Source: an uncultured Gemmatimonadales bacterium (lineage in GTDB: Bacteria; Gemmatimonadota; Gemmatimonadetes; Gemmatimonadales; GWC2-71-9). Taken from it: DNA of 64,000 bases. The DNA lies in assembly GCA_963730185.1 (NCBI GenBank), contig CAVSQW010000006.1, forward strand, positions 448,001-512,000, written 5' to 3'. A program made the translations under genes and the position numbers. Shown piece after piece: positions 8,835-18,784 of the stretch. The notes beneath the pieces were generated by a model. It was not told where the DNA came from, ran no database searches, and saw nothing but the letters and a program-made list of their open reading frames with translations. Each line of letters starts with the position of its first letter. Within the stretch, counting starts at the first letter, position 1.

Positions 8835-11309
8835 CTACCCCGGACTGGCCGCCTCGATCCGCCGCACGATCGTCTGGAACCGCGGATCGCTCCGGACCGG
8901 ATCCCAGATGGTGCTATTGAGCATCAGCGACGAGATCGCGAACCCGCCGAACTGGCCTTCGAGGCGCGCCAGGCCTTCGTCGAACTGCCCCGCGGCAACC
9001 AGCGCCGCCGCCAACCCGATCGCGATGCTGCGACGGCTGGTCGATCCCGGGGGATTGTGCCGGACCAGGGAGTCCGCCCGGGCCCGGGCCCCGGCGCTGT
9101 CGCCGGTCCGGCTGGCCAGGAACGTGGCCAGAACGGCATGGAAGACGGCGGCGACCGAGTCGCCTCGGACCAGCCGCCCGACCGTCGCGAGATCGGCACG
9201 CGCCCCTGCCGTGTCGCCCAACGCCAGCCGGGTCTCGGCCCGTAGGCCGTAGACCGAGAGGTCGTGCCGTCCGAGCGTGATGGCGCTGTCGAGCAGCGTC
9301 TCCGCCAGCGGATAACGCCGCTTCACCAGGCTCGACCAGCCTAACAGCCACGCGGACACCGCCCGGTCCGGGTCGAGCTCGAGTGAATGGGCGAACGCCG
9401 AATCGGCGGCCGGGGTCATGAGCTTGGAGCGGCCGTACTGATACCAGATCTCGGCGCTCCTGGGATCGAGGCGGACCGCCCGGGCGAGGGCCAGGCCCGC
9501 CTCGTGGTAGCAGTTCGGCACCGGCGCCCAGCACCGCGCTCCGGAGACCATCAGGTTGGGCGCGACCCGAAAGGCATCCCATCCATCCGCGTCGGCTGGG
9601 CCCGGAATCAGCAGGAACCCTCTCGCCAACCACCCGTCGGCGCTGGCGGAGTCGAGCTCGAGGGCGCGGTTGGCGGCGGCGAACCCCCGGGCCACGAGGC
9701 TGTCCGCGGTGAGGCCGGGATAGGGCCAGGGCCAGTTGGCATAGATCCCATACACCAGACCCAGCCGAGCCAAGGCCTCCGGGAAGCGGGGCTCGAGGGC
9801 GAGCGCGGCCTGGTACTCCTCCAGCGCCCGACGGCCGTCGGCCTCGGAGGTACGCCGGGATAGATAGAAGTTCCCTCTGAGGTAGTGGTCGTAGGCCTCG
9901 CGATTGTCGGTCGGGCGGACGGCGAGGGCGGCCCGCTCCGCCGGCGCCAGGCGACCCACCACCTCGCGCCCGACGGCCTCGGCGATCGCGTCTTCGGTGG
10001 CCAGGATGTCGTCGCCGGCTTGATCGAAGCTCCGAGTCCAGACCTGCCGGCCGTTGGCGGCCTCGACCAGTGCCACCCGAACCCGAAGCTGAGCCGCGCC
10101 CCGCTCGATACTGCCGTTCACCAGGTAGCGGGCTCCCAGGGCCCGACCGATCGCCGCCGGGTCGTCGACCGCCTGTCCCCGGTACCGGCGGACTCGACCC
10201 CGGGACGGAACCCCGAGCCGGGCAACCTGACCCAGCCGCGAGATCAGCTCCTCGGTGATGCCATCGGCCAGGTATTGGTCGCTGGAATCGCGCGAGAGAT
10301 TGTCGAGGTAGAGCACCGCCACGGTGGTGTCGCCCGAATGGGTCGGACCGAAGAGCCAGGCCGCGCCCCAGACCAACAGCGCAAGACCCGCGACCAGGCC
10401 GGCGGCCATCACCGCCCGGCGGCGGCGGCGCCCTGACCCGCCGGCGCCGGTCGGCCCTTGCCCGGCCAGGGCCGCCCCCATCGCGCCAGCGGTCGGGAAC
10501 CGCTCCTCAGGCGCCTTAGCCAACGCGGTGAGCACCGTGTCCTCCACCACGCGCGGCACCTCGGGCCGCCGGATCCGGGGCGACGGAGCGGGCTCGACCG
10601 TGTGCCGGCCCCAGACCGCGTGGGGCGTGGGTCCGTCGAAGGGCGGCGCCCCGGCCAGCATCTCGAAGAGCACGCATCCGAGGCTGTAGACGTCGCTCGC
10701 GCCGGTGACCGGCTCGCCCGTGATCTGCTCCGGACTCATGTAGCGGGGCGTGCCTAACGCGATGCCGGTCTCGGTCAGCCCCCCGGCGGCCTCGGTGGCC
10801 GAGGCGTCGATCGCCCGGGCGATCCCGAAGTCGCTCACCACCGCCTGCCCCTCCGCGAGGAGGATGTTCTCGGGCTTGACGTCGCGGTGGATCACACCCC
10901 GCTGATGGGCGTAGTCGAGGGCGGCCGCCACCTGCCGGGCGATCTCCACCGCCTCCCCGATCGGAAGCGACCCGTAGCGGTCGAGCCGGTCGCGGAGCGA
11001 TTCGCCCGCGACGTAGGGCATGACGTAGTAGAGGAGCGGTCCCGCCGCCGTGTCCACCCGCCCGCTGTCGAACAGGGGCAGAATATGGGGATGGTTGAGC
11101 TGGGCGGCGATCTGGATCTCGCGGAGGAATCGCTCGGCGCCGAGGGCCGCCGCGAGCACCGGGCGCAGCACCTTCAGGGCCACGTCGCGATCATGCTTCC
11201 GATCACGAGCAAGGTAGACGATCGCCATCCCGCCCCGACCCAGCTCGCGAATCGGCTGCCACCGCCCGGCGAGCGGACCTGACAGGGAGGCGAGGAGGTC
11301 GTCCGACAC
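8835..11309 (-). CDS. Ser/Thr protein kinase with TM segment, TolB-N-like and TPR-like domains
   Basis: GRGGMAIV, VALK, HRDVKPEN, DFGIA and GTPRYMSPEQ motifs; VAVLYLDNLS...YLADGITEELI. Confidence 0.95.
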   Translation of the reverse strand: MSDDLLASLSGPLAGRWQPIRELGRGGMAIVYLARDRKHDRDVALKVLRPVLAAALGAERFLREIQIAAQLNHPHILPLFDSGRVDTAAGPLLYYVMPYVAGESLRDRLDRYGSLPIGEAVEIARQVAAALDYAHQRGVIHRDVKPENILLAEGQAVVSDFGIARAIDASATEAAGGLTETGIALGTPRYMSPEQITGEPVTGASDVYSLGCVLFEMLAGAPPFDGPTPHAVWGRHTVEPAPSPRIRRPEVPRVVEDTVLTALAKAPEERFPTAGAMGAALAGQGPTGAGGSGRRRRRAVMAAGLVAGLALLVWGAAWLFGPTHSGDTTVAVLYLDNLSRDSSDQYLADGITEELISRLGQVARLGVPSRGRVRRYRGQAVDDPAAIGRALGARYLVNGSIERGAAQLRVRVALVEAANGRQVWTRSFDQAGDDILATEDAIAEAVGREVVGRLAPAERAALAVRPTDNREAYDHYLRGNFYLSRRTSEADGRRALEEYQAALALEPRFPEALARLGLVYGIYANWPWPYPGLTADSLVARGFAAANRALELDSASADGWLARGFLLIPGPADADGWDAFRVAPNLMVSGARCWAPVPNCYHEAGLALARAVRLDPRSAEIWYQYGRSKLMTPAADSAFAHSLELDPDRAVSAWLLGWSSLVKRRYPLAETLLDSAITLGRHDLSVYGLRAETRLALGDTAGARADLATVGRLVRGDSVAAVFHAVLATFLASRTGDSAGARARADSLVRHNPPGSTSRRSIAIGLAAALVAAGQFDEGLARLEGQFGGFAISSLMLNSTIWDPVRSDPRFQTIVRRIEAASPG

Positions 11310-11448
11310 GGGGCGTTCCTCCGGGTTCGGGCAGGGTCCGGCTTTCGAGAAGATGGCCCAGACCCGAGCCGAGGGCTACCCCAGCGGCGTCGGGCTCGGT
11401 GGGGCGATGGCCGGCCCCGTGCCAGGCGCGCTATCTTCTCGCACGACC

Positions 11449-14082
11449 ATGTCCGTCCCCCCCACCCTGCTCCTCGCCGGCCTCCTGGCCGCTCGCGTCG
11501 CCTCGGCGCAGGCGCCCCCGGCCTATCGGGACTCCACCCGCACCGTCGCGGAGCGGACCCGTGACCTCCTGAACCGGATGACGCTCGAGGAGAAGTTCTG
11601 GCAGGTCTTCATGGTGCCCGACGATCTGAGCGACTCGACCCATGACTATTCCCACGGGGTGTTCGGACTCCAACTGAAGGCCGACGCCCCGGCCGGCAGC
11701 CCCGCCGAAGCCGCCCGGTCCGACGCCAACCGGATCAACGCCTTCCAACGCCGCTTGTCGACCGGAACCCGGCTCGGAATTCCGATGATCCCGTTCGACG
11801 AAGCGGTCCACGGACTGGCGCGCGACGGCGCCACGATGTTCCCGCAAGCCATCGCCCTGGCCGCAACCTGGGACACCGCGCTCGTCGGCCGGGTGGCCGA
11901 AGCGATCGCGCGGGAGACGAGAAGCCGGGGAATCCGGCAGGTGCTGTCACCGGTGGTGAACCTGGCTCGCGACGTCCGCTGGGGCCGGGTCGAGGAGACC
12001 TACGGCGAGGACCCCTTCCTCAGCTCGTCGATGGCGGTCGCGTACGCCGGCGCGATGGAACGGAACGGCGTGATCGCCACCCCGAAGCACTTCGTCGCCA
12101 ACGTGGGCGAGGGCGGCCGCGACAGCTATCCGATCGAGGTGAGCCGCCGCGAGCTGGCGCAATCGTACTTCCCGCCGTTCGAGGCCGCGATCCACCAAGG
12201 TGGGGCCCAGTCGGTGATGAGCGCCTACAACTCCGTCAACGGCGTCCCCGCCACCCAGAACCGCTGGCTCCTCACCGACGTGCTCCGCCGGCAGTGGCGC
12301 TTCCCCGGCTTCGTGATCTCGGACGCCTCGGCCACGAGCGGCGCCACCGTCCTCCACGACACCGAGCCCGACACCCCCACGGCCGCCGCGCACGCCTTTG
12401 CAGCCGGACTGGACGTGGTCTTCCAGTCCGGCTGGACGGAGCATCGCCCCTATCTCGCGGCGTTTCGCCGCGGTCTGATCCCCCGCGCGACGATCGACTC
12501 GGCCGTGTCCCGGGTGCTCCGCGCCAAGTTCCGCCTGGGCCTGTTCGAGCACCCCTACGTCGACCCCGACAGTGCCGCCTACTGGAGCTCCCGACCCGGG
12601 CATCGAGCGCTGGCCCGGGAGGCGGCCGGCCGGTCGATCGTGCTGCTCAAGAACCGGGGCGGCCGGCTTCCGCTCACCGCCGAGGTCGGGCGAATCGCCG
12701 TGATCGGGGCCGACGCCGCCGACCCGCGACTCGGTGGCTACAGCGGCCCCGGAGTCGACCCGGTCTCCATCCTGGACGGGCTCCGGCGCCGGGCGCCCGC
12801 GGGGGCCCAGGTCGACTTCCGCCGAGGGCCGGGGCGGGTTAGCCGCGACGTCGCGGTCGTGCCGGGGTCCGCGCTGAGCGCTGGTCCCTCGGGTCAGGAC
12901 CGCGGCCTCGCGGCCGAATATTTCGCCGGCATCCGCCTCGAGGGGCCTCCCGCCGCAACCCGCCAGGACTCGATCGTCGACTTTCACTGGACCTTGGGCT
13001 CGCCCGCCCCGGGACTGGCCCGCGACTGGTACTCGGTCCGCTGGCAAGGCCGGGTCACCATTCCGCCGGGCCGGTCCCGGCGGATCGGGATCGAAGGCAA
13101 CGACGGCTACCGCCTCTGGGTCGACGACCGCCTGGTGCTCGACGACTGGACCAAGCGCTCCTTCGGTACCCATCTGACAACCGAACCGTTGGAGCCCGGT
13201 CGGAGCTACCGGATCCGGCTCGAGTACTTCGAGACCCGGGGCAACGCCCGAATTCGCCTGGTCTGGGACGACCCGTCGCCGTGGCGGGCCGAGATCGACA
13301 GCGCGGTGGCCCTGGCCGGCGCGAGCGACCTGGCCATCGTGGTGGCCGGGATCGAGGAGGGCGAGTTCCGTGACCGGTCCTCCCTGGCGCTGCCGGGTCA
13401 CCAGGAGGCGCTGATTCGCCGGGTGGCGGCCACCGGGACGCCGGTCGTGGTGGTGCTCGTCGGCGGCAGCGCCGTCACCACGACCCGGTGGATCGACTCG
13501 GTCGACGCCGTGCTGATGGCTTGGTATCCTGGCCAGGCGGGCGGCACCGCGGTGGCCGACGTGCTCTTCGGCGACGTCGACCCCGGTGGCCGGCTGCCGA
13601 TCACGTTCCCGCTCGCCGAGGGACAGCTGCCGCTCTACTACGACCACGAGCCGACCGGCCGGGGCGACGACTATCTGGACCTGAGCGGGATGCCCTTCTT
13701 TCCGTTCGGCTATGGACTCAGCTATACGTCGTTCGAGCTCTCGGAGCTGCGGGTCGCCTGGACCGGTACCCGGGCGGCGCCGGCGGCCGTGGTCCGGCTT
13801 CGGGTTCGGAACACCGGGTCCCGCCGCGGCAGCGAGGTCGTGCAGCTCTACCTCAGGGACGAGCTGGCGTCGGTGGTCCGCCCGGTGATCCAGCTGGCCG
13901 GCTTTCGGTCCGTCCACCTGGCGCCGGAGGAAACCCGGGAGGTCGCCTTTTCGCTCTATGCCAGCCAACTCGGATTGGTGACCGAAAACCTCCGGCGGAT
14001 CGTCGAGCCCGGGCAATTCCGCGTCATGGTGGGAGTATCGTCCCGGGACATCCGACTCCGCGGCCAGCTCGTGGTGCCGTAG
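11449..14082 (+). CDS. GH3 beta-glucosidase with PA14 and Fn3-like domains
   Basis: RDVRWGRVEETYGEDP, KHFVAN, MSAYN, FVISD, WYPGQAGG and FPFGYGLSY motifs; PA14 insert. Confidence 0.95.
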   Translation: MSVPPTLLLAGLLAARVASAQAPPAYRDSTRTVAERTRDLLNRMTLEEKFWQVFMVPDDLSDSTHDYSHGVFGLQLKADAPAGSPAEAARSDANRINAFQRRLSTGTRLGIPMIPFDEAVHGLARDGATMFPQAIALAATWDTALVGRVAEAIARETRSRGIRQVLSPVVNLARDVRWGRVEETYGEDPFLSSSMAVAYAGAMERNGVIATPKHFVANVGEGGRDSYPIEVSRRELAQSYFPPFEAAIHQGGAQSVMSAYNSVNGVPATQNRWLLTDVLRRQWRFPGFVISDASATSGATVLHDTEPDTPTAAAHAFAAGLDVVFQSGWTEHRPYLAAFRRGLIPRATIDSAVSRVLRAKFRLGLFEHPYVDPDSAAYWSSRPGHRALAREAAGRSIVLLKNRGGRLPLTAEVGRIAVIGADAADPRLGGYSGPGVDPVSILDGLRRRAPAGAQVDFRRGPGRVSRDVAVVPGSALSAGPSGQDRGLAAEYFAGIRLEGPPAATRQDSIVDFHWTLGSPAPGLARDWYSVRWQGRVTIPPGRSRRIGIEGNDGYRLWVDDRLVLDDWTKRSFGTHLTTEPLEPGRSYRIRLEYFETRGNARIRLVWDDPSPWRAEIDSAVALAGASDLAIVVAGIEEGEFRDRSSLALPGHQEALIRRVAATGTPVVVVLVGGSAVTTTRWIDSVDAVLMAWYPGQAGGTAVADVLFGDVDPGGRLPITFPLAEGQLPLYYDHEPTGRGDDYLDLSGMPFFPFGYGLSYTSFELSELRVAWTGTRAAPAAVVRLRVRNTGSRRGSEVVQLYLRDELASVVRPVIQLAGFRSVHLAPEETREVAFSLYASQLGLVTENLRRIVEPGQFRVMVGVSSRDIRLRGQLVVP

Positions 14083-14101
14083 CCGATTGGAATCACCTCG
14101 A

Positions 14102-14614
14102 ATGACGTCACCCTCTTCGCCCCTCCCCATTCGGCCGGCCGGCCCCGCCGACGTCGGACAGCTGGCCCGCTGCCGCCTCGACCTCTTCACCGAGGTTCGC
14201 GGCGGTCTCGATCCGGCCGCCGCCGACGCCTTTCTCTCGCACTGCGCCGATGCCCTGCGACGGTACTTCGACACCGATCGGGTCGCGGCCTGGATCGCCG
14301 AGACCGCCCCGGGCGGGGAGAACGTCGGCTCCCTCATCCTGCTCCTCTACCCGCGGCTCCCGTCGCTCCACAACCTCCGGACCGATGAGGGGTACCTGAT
14401 CAACGTGTACGTGGCCCGGGCCTGGCGGCGACGACGGATCGCGTCGGCCCTGATGGAGACGGCGCTGGCCTACGGACGGCAACGCGGGCTCGCCCGGATC
14501 CGCCTCCATGCCACTCCCGAGGGCCGGCTCGTCTACCAGCGGATCGGCTTCCGGGGCCGGGACGACGAGATGGAGCTCGACTTCGTGGCGACCGATGTGC
14601 CGCGCCCGGCGTAA
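14102..14614 (+). CDS. GNAT family N-acetyltransferase
   Basis: YLINVYVARAWRRRRIASALM; LHATPEGRLVYQRIGF. Confidence 0.9.
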   Translation: MTSPSSPLPIRPAGPADVGQLARCRLDLFTEVRGGLDPAAADAFLSHCADALRRYFDTDRVAAWIAETAPGGENVGSLILLLYPRLPSLHNLRTDEGYLINVYVARAWRRRRIASALMETALAYGRQRGLARIRLHATPEGRLVYQRIGFRGRDDEMELDFVATDVPRPA

Positions 14615-15284
14615 CCTCCGGCTGGGGGTCAGCGTGCTGCTCACGCTGGCTTCGAGCGCACTCCGGGCCCAGACCCCACCCTGCCCGCCGATCGACACGA
14701 CCGCCGCCTGGGTCCGCCTGAACAAGGCCTGGAGCGCCGAGAAGGGCGTGAGCTGGGCCAACGACTCGCTCCGCCGCGTGCTCCTGGCGCTCGCCGATCG
14801 AGACCAGGCCGCTCGGCAGGACTTCGGCGCGCACGCCAGCGACACCGCCTACGGGCGGCGGCTCAACGCGACGGACTCGGTCCTGGCCGGCCGGCTCGAG
14901 AAGATCCTGGCCCGGTTCGGGCTGCCGACCCGGTCGATGGTCGGCCCCAAAGGCTCCGACGCGGCGATGCTCGTCGTCCAACACAACGAGCGGCTGCAGG
15001 AGCGGGTGCTGGCCCTGGCCCGCGCTCTCCCCCCCGGGCAGATCTCGCCCCAGGCGCTGGCGATGCTCGAGGACCGGGTCCTGGTCCACCAAGGCAAGGC
15101 CCAGCGCTACGGAACCCAGTTCTCGAACGGCCCCGACGGCGTTTTCCGACTCGATCCGACCGACGACCTGCCCGGCCTCGCGGCCCGGCGCGAGAAGGCC
15201 GGCCTCCCGCCGCTCCCCCAGTATGCCTGCCTGCTGGAAGCGGCCGGCGTGAAGCTCGAACGCTCGTCCTTCCCGCCGGAGTAG
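14595..15284 (+). CDS. Exported DUF6624-like protein
   Basis: DRDQAAR, AAMLVVQH, MLEDRVLVHQGKAQRYGTQF; signal peptide; start uncertain. Confidence 0.8.
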   Translation: MCRARRNLRLGVSVLLTLASSALRAQTPPCPPIDTTAAWVRLNKAWSAEKGVSWANDSLRRVLLALADRDQAARQDFGAHASDTAYGRRLNATDSVLAGRLEKILARFGLPTRSMVGPKGSDAAMLVVQHNERLQERVLALARALPPGQISPQALAMLEDRVLVHQGKAQRYGTQFSNGPDGVFRLDPTDDLPGLAARREKAGLPPLPQYACLLEAAGVKLERSSFPPE

Positions 15285-15369
15285 CACCCTCGAAAGGGGC
15301 GTTGACCTCCCGACCGCCATCCGCCGAGCGGCGGCCGCCGTCCACCCGTTCCCTACCCCTTGCCGCTCA

Positions 15370-15403
15370 CATCTTGACAATCAAGATGAGAACGTCATAA
15401 GCT
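15370..15403 (+). promoter_or_regulatory. Sigma70-like promoter with overlapping palindromic operator (probable PadR site)
   Basis: CATCTTGA-caa-TCAAGATG inverted repeat (15370-15388) containing TTGACA (15374-15379); TAAGCT 18 bp downstream. Confidence 0.7.
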
Positions 15404-15428
15404 CTACCGTCCCCGACCCGGAGCGCCA

Positions 15429-15764
15429 GTGGACGAGGCCAAGACCGACGTCATCCAAGGCACCCTCGACCTGCTCATCCTCAAGACGCTGAGCCTCGAG
15501 CCGATGCACGGCTTCGGGATCGCGCGCCGGATCGAGCAGATCTCCCGGGGCGTGTTCAAGGTCAATCCCGGCTCGCTGCTTACCGCATTCCAGCGGATGG
15601 TGCGCGCCGGCCTGCTCGACAGCGAGTGGCGCCGGACCGAGAACGCCCGTCGGGCCAAGTACTACCGGCTCACCGCCCTGGGCCGAAAGCGCCTCGCGGT
15701 CGAGACCGAGGACTGGACTCGCCGCGCCCAAGCGGTCGCCCGCCTGCTCCAGACGGAGGGGTGA
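15429..15764 (+). CDS. PadR family transcriptional regulator (ADOP-associated)
   Basis: QGTLDLLILKTL...HGFGIARRIEQIS...RRAKYYRLT. Confidence 0.95.
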   Translation: MDEAKTDVIQGTLDLLILKTLSLEPMHGFGIARRIEQISRGVFKVNPGSLLTAFQRMVRAGLLDSEWRRTENARRAKYYRLTALGRKRLAVETEDWTRRAQAVARLLQTEG

Positions 15765-15766
15765 GC

Positions 15767-18433
15767 ATGTCGCTCTGGCGGCACCTTCGCCACGGAATCA
15801 GGGGAATCCTCCGCCGCCCCACCGTGGACCGGGAGATCCAGGACGAGGTCGACCACTATCTCGCCGAGGCGGCTCGGGCTCACGAGGCGGCGGGGCTCGA
15901 CCCGGAGGCGGCGCTCCGGGCCGCCCGGCTCGACCTCGGCAGCGCCACCGCGGTGCGGGAGGAGATCCGGGGCTCCGGCTGGGAGGGCCGACTGGCGGAG
16001 ACGGTCGGCGACATCCGGTACGCCCTCCGTCTCCTCCGGAAGGCTCCCGTGTTCACCGCCGTCGCGATCCTGGTCATCGCCCTCGGCACCGGTGCGGTCA
16101 CGACCGTCTACAGCGGGCTCAACGCGCTGGCGCTCCGCCCCCTTCCCGGCGCCACCGACGGCGATCGTCTGGTCCAGGTCGACCGCCGGCGTCCCGACGC
16201 AGACGAAGGGATCTCCGCCTCGTACGACTACTACCAGTATCTCCGCCACCACACCCGAAGCCTGACGGGGATCGCCGCCTGGAGCAAAGCCACCTTCGCC
16301 GTCGCGGTGCGCGGCGAGGGGATCGAGGTCTTCGGCAATCTGGTCAGCGGCAACTACTTCTCGCTGCTCGGAGTGCGGCCGGAGCTGGGACGGTTCTTCC
16401 GCCCCGACGAGGATTCCATTCCCCTGGCCCACCCGGTCATGGTGGTCTCTCACGGATTCTGGGTCCAACATCTCGGGGCCGACAGCGGTGCGGTCGGTCG
16501 CACGCTCTCGGTCAACGGTCAGCCCTACACCCTGATCGGCGTGGCGCAGCCCGAGTTCCACGGAGTGTTCACGCCGCTCCTGCTCGAGGCCTGGGTTCCC
16601 TTGGCCATGCAGCAGCAGATCCGCCCGGGCCGGAACCTCGAGCAGGCGCTCTGGCTCTGGACCTTCGGACGGCTGGCCGACGGCACCAGCCGGCCAGCGG
16701 CCGCCCGCGAGCTCACCGACCTGACGGCCAACTACATCGCCTTGGGCGTCGAGCCGGACGGGCGGTCCACATACGACGCGGTCCGGCTCACCGGTCTGAA
16801 CGGCCTCCCGGCCGACGCCCATCAGATGGCGGTTGGATTCGTCGGGCTGCTCTTCGGCGCGGCGGTGCTGGTGCTGCTGATCGCGAGCGTGAACGTGGCG
16901 TCGCTTCTCTCCGCCCGAGCGGTGGCCCGGCGGCGGGAGATGGCGGTGCGGGCCGCGCTTGGCGCCGGGCGGGGACGGCTGGTCCGCCAGGTGCTGACCG
17001 AGATTCTGGTCCTGTTCGGGGTCGGGGCGCTGGGAGGGATCGCGCTCGCTGGCCAGGCCACCGCCGCGCTCGAGCGGCTGACCATTCCCACCAACGTCCC
17101 GATGGCGCTGGAGATCTCGCCGGACGCGCGGGTCTTCGGCTTCGCGGTCCTGGTCTCGCTCGCCACCGGCCTTTTCGCCGGCCTGGGGCCGGCGCTGCGG
17201 GCCGTCCGGCCCGACCTCCACGCCCGGCTCCGGGTCGGGACGGCCGGGTCAGGCGGGGGACGCCGGCTGGTCAGCAACCTGCTGATCGTGGGCCAGCTGG
17301 CGCTCTCGCTGGTGCTCCTGGTCGCGGCCGGGCTCTTCCTCCGCGCCCTGGACCGGGGCGCCAGGACCGACCCCGGATTCGATCCGTCGGGCGTCGCCAC
17401 GGCCGATTTCAACACCGAATCCTGGGGCTACGACGCCAACCGGGGACGGGCGTTCTACTCGGCGCTCCGCCAGCGGCTCGAGGCCGTCCCGGGAGTGACG
17501 GCGGTGTCGTTCACCACCAACTTGCCGCTCGCGTTCGCGACCATGAACGGGTGGGTTCGGCTCCCGAGCGATCCGCCCCCCGGCACCGAGGGCAGCGCCG
17601 GCCGGCCGATTCAGATGTCGCTGGTGGGCAGCGACTATTTCGAGGCGCTCCGCCTGCCGCTGGTCGCCGGCCGAGCCATCGGCCCCGCCGACGACGACCG
17701 CTCGCCGCGGGTGGCGGTCGTCAATCAAACCCTCGCCCGGCGCTTCTGGCCGGACGGCGACGCCCTCGGCCGGACCTTCCTCTACCTGGACCGGGAGGTC
17801 ACCGTCGTCGGCGTCGCCCGCGACGCCAAGTACGGATCGCTCTCCGAGACCATGCCGGCCTTCGCGTACTTCCCGATGGCCGAGGCGTGGCGACCGAACC
17901 AAAGCCTCCTGGTCCGGACCACCGGGGCCACGGCCGGACTCGCGGCGGCCGTGCAGCAGGCCGTCCTGGCGATCGACCCGCTGCTCCCCCGACCCCAGGT
18001 GCAGACCCTCCGTGACGCGGAGGCGATCGTGCTCCTCCCCCAGCGGATCGCGGCGATCGTGACCGGCGCCCTGGGCGCGGTCGGCCTCCTGATGGCCACC
18101 GTGGGGCTCTACGGGGTGATCGCCTACAGCGTCGGGCGGCGGACCCGCGAGATCGGTCTCCGGGTGGCCCTCGGCGCCGATCGGCGAGCCGTGCTGGCGC
18201 TGGTGCTCCGAGAGGGAATGCGGTTGGCTGCGGTGGGCGTCGCGATCGGCCTGCTCCTGGCCGCCGGAGCGTCCCGTCTGCTCGCCGGATTGCTGTTCGA
18301 CGTGAGCGCGCTCGACCTCCCGACCTTCGTGGTGATGTCGGCGCTCTTCGTCGGCGTCTCGCTCCTGGCCAGCTACCTCCCGGCTCGCCGAGCGGCCGGG
18401 GCCGATCCGATGGCGGCGCTCCGGGTGGACTAG
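15767..18433 (+). CDS. ADOP-type duplicated ABC permease (MacB/FtsX domains)
   Basis: DIRYALRLLRKAPVFT, RRREMAVRAALGAGR, RTREIGLRVALGA and PARRAAGADPMAALR motifs; ATG 15767. Confidence 0.95.
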   Translation: MSLWRHLRHGIRGILRRPTVDREIQDEVDHYLAEAARAHEAAGLDPEAALRAARLDLGSATAVREEIRGSGWEGRLAETVGDIRYALRLLRKAPVFTAVAILVIALGTGAVTTVYSGLNALALRPLPGATDGDRLVQVDRRRPDADEGISASYDYYQYLRHHTRSLTGIAAWSKATFAVAVRGEGIEVFGNLVSGNYFSLLGVRPELGRFFRPDEDSIPLAHPVMVVSHGFWVQHLGADSGAVGRTLSVNGQPYTLIGVAQPEFHGVFTPLLLEAWVPLAMQQQIRPGRNLEQALWLWTFGRLADGTSRPAAARELTDLTANYIALGVEPDGRSTYDAVRLTGLNGLPADAHQMAVGFVGLLFGAAVLVLLIASVNVASLLSARAVARRREMAVRAALGAGRGRLVRQVLTEILVLFGVGALGGIALAGQATAALERLTIPTNVPMALEISPDARVFGFAVLVSLATGLFAGLGPALRAVRPDLHARLRVGTAGSGGGRRLVSNLLIVGQLALSLVLLVAAGLFLRALDRGARTDPGFDPSGVATADFNTESWGYDANRGRAFYSALRQRLEAVPGVTAVSFTTNLPLAFATMNGWVRLPSDPPPGTEGSAGRPIQMSLVGSDYFEALRLPLVAGRAIGPADDDRSPRVAVVNQTLARRFWPDGDALGRTFLYLDREVTVVGVARDAKYGSLSETMPAFAYFPMAEAWRPNQSLLVRTTGATAGLAAAVQQAVLAIDPLLPRPQVQTLRDAEAIVLLPQRIAAIVTGALGAVGLLMATVGLYGVIAYSVGRRTREIGLRVALGADRRAVLALVLREGMRLAAVGVAIGLLLAAGASRLLAGLLFDVSALDLPTFVVMSALFVGVSLLASYLPARRAAGADPMAALRVD

Positions 18434-18490
18434 CCGGACGCCGACTACCTTTCGGGATCCTCGGATCGATCATCCTCTCGGGAGGCCGCC

Positions 18491-18769
18491 ATCCTCAATC
18501 TCATCGTCTGGGCACTCCTGACCGGCGGGATCACGGGCGGGGTCGGGGTGGCGATCGTCCTGTTTCGCCGCCTGCGCCGACTCTCGGACGATCAGCGGGC
18601 GCTCCTGGCCGAGCGGTCCGAGGGGCTCCACGCGCTGGAGGGACTGGAGGGTCGGGTCCTCGAGCTGGAGGACCGGCTCGACTTCACCGAGCGCCTGCTC
18701 GCCGCCCACCCCACGCCACCCGGCCAGGACCCGGCCGGTCGGATCCCCTCCGACCCCAGCCAGCGCTGA
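18491..18769 (+). CDS. Small single-TM coiled-coil protein (ELEDRLDFTERLL motif), apparent ATC start
   Basis: In-frame hydrophobic extension ILNLIVWALLTGGITGG upstream of GTG 18548, beginning 5 nt after GGAGG. Confidence 0.7.
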   Translation: MLNLIVWALLTGGITGGVGVAIVLFRRLRRLSDDQRALLAERSEGLHALEGLEGRVLELEDRLDFTERLLAAHPTPPGQDPAGRIPSDPSQR

Positions 18770-18784
18770 TCGTCGGATCGTCCC

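Noticed and set aside
11947..14337. Long antisense and alternate-frame ORFs (this 796-aa ORF and many others, e.g. 26130..27923, 22269..23837)
   Set aside because: They are shadows of well-supported genes, expected in high-GC DNA; Arg/Pro/Gly-rich with no motifs
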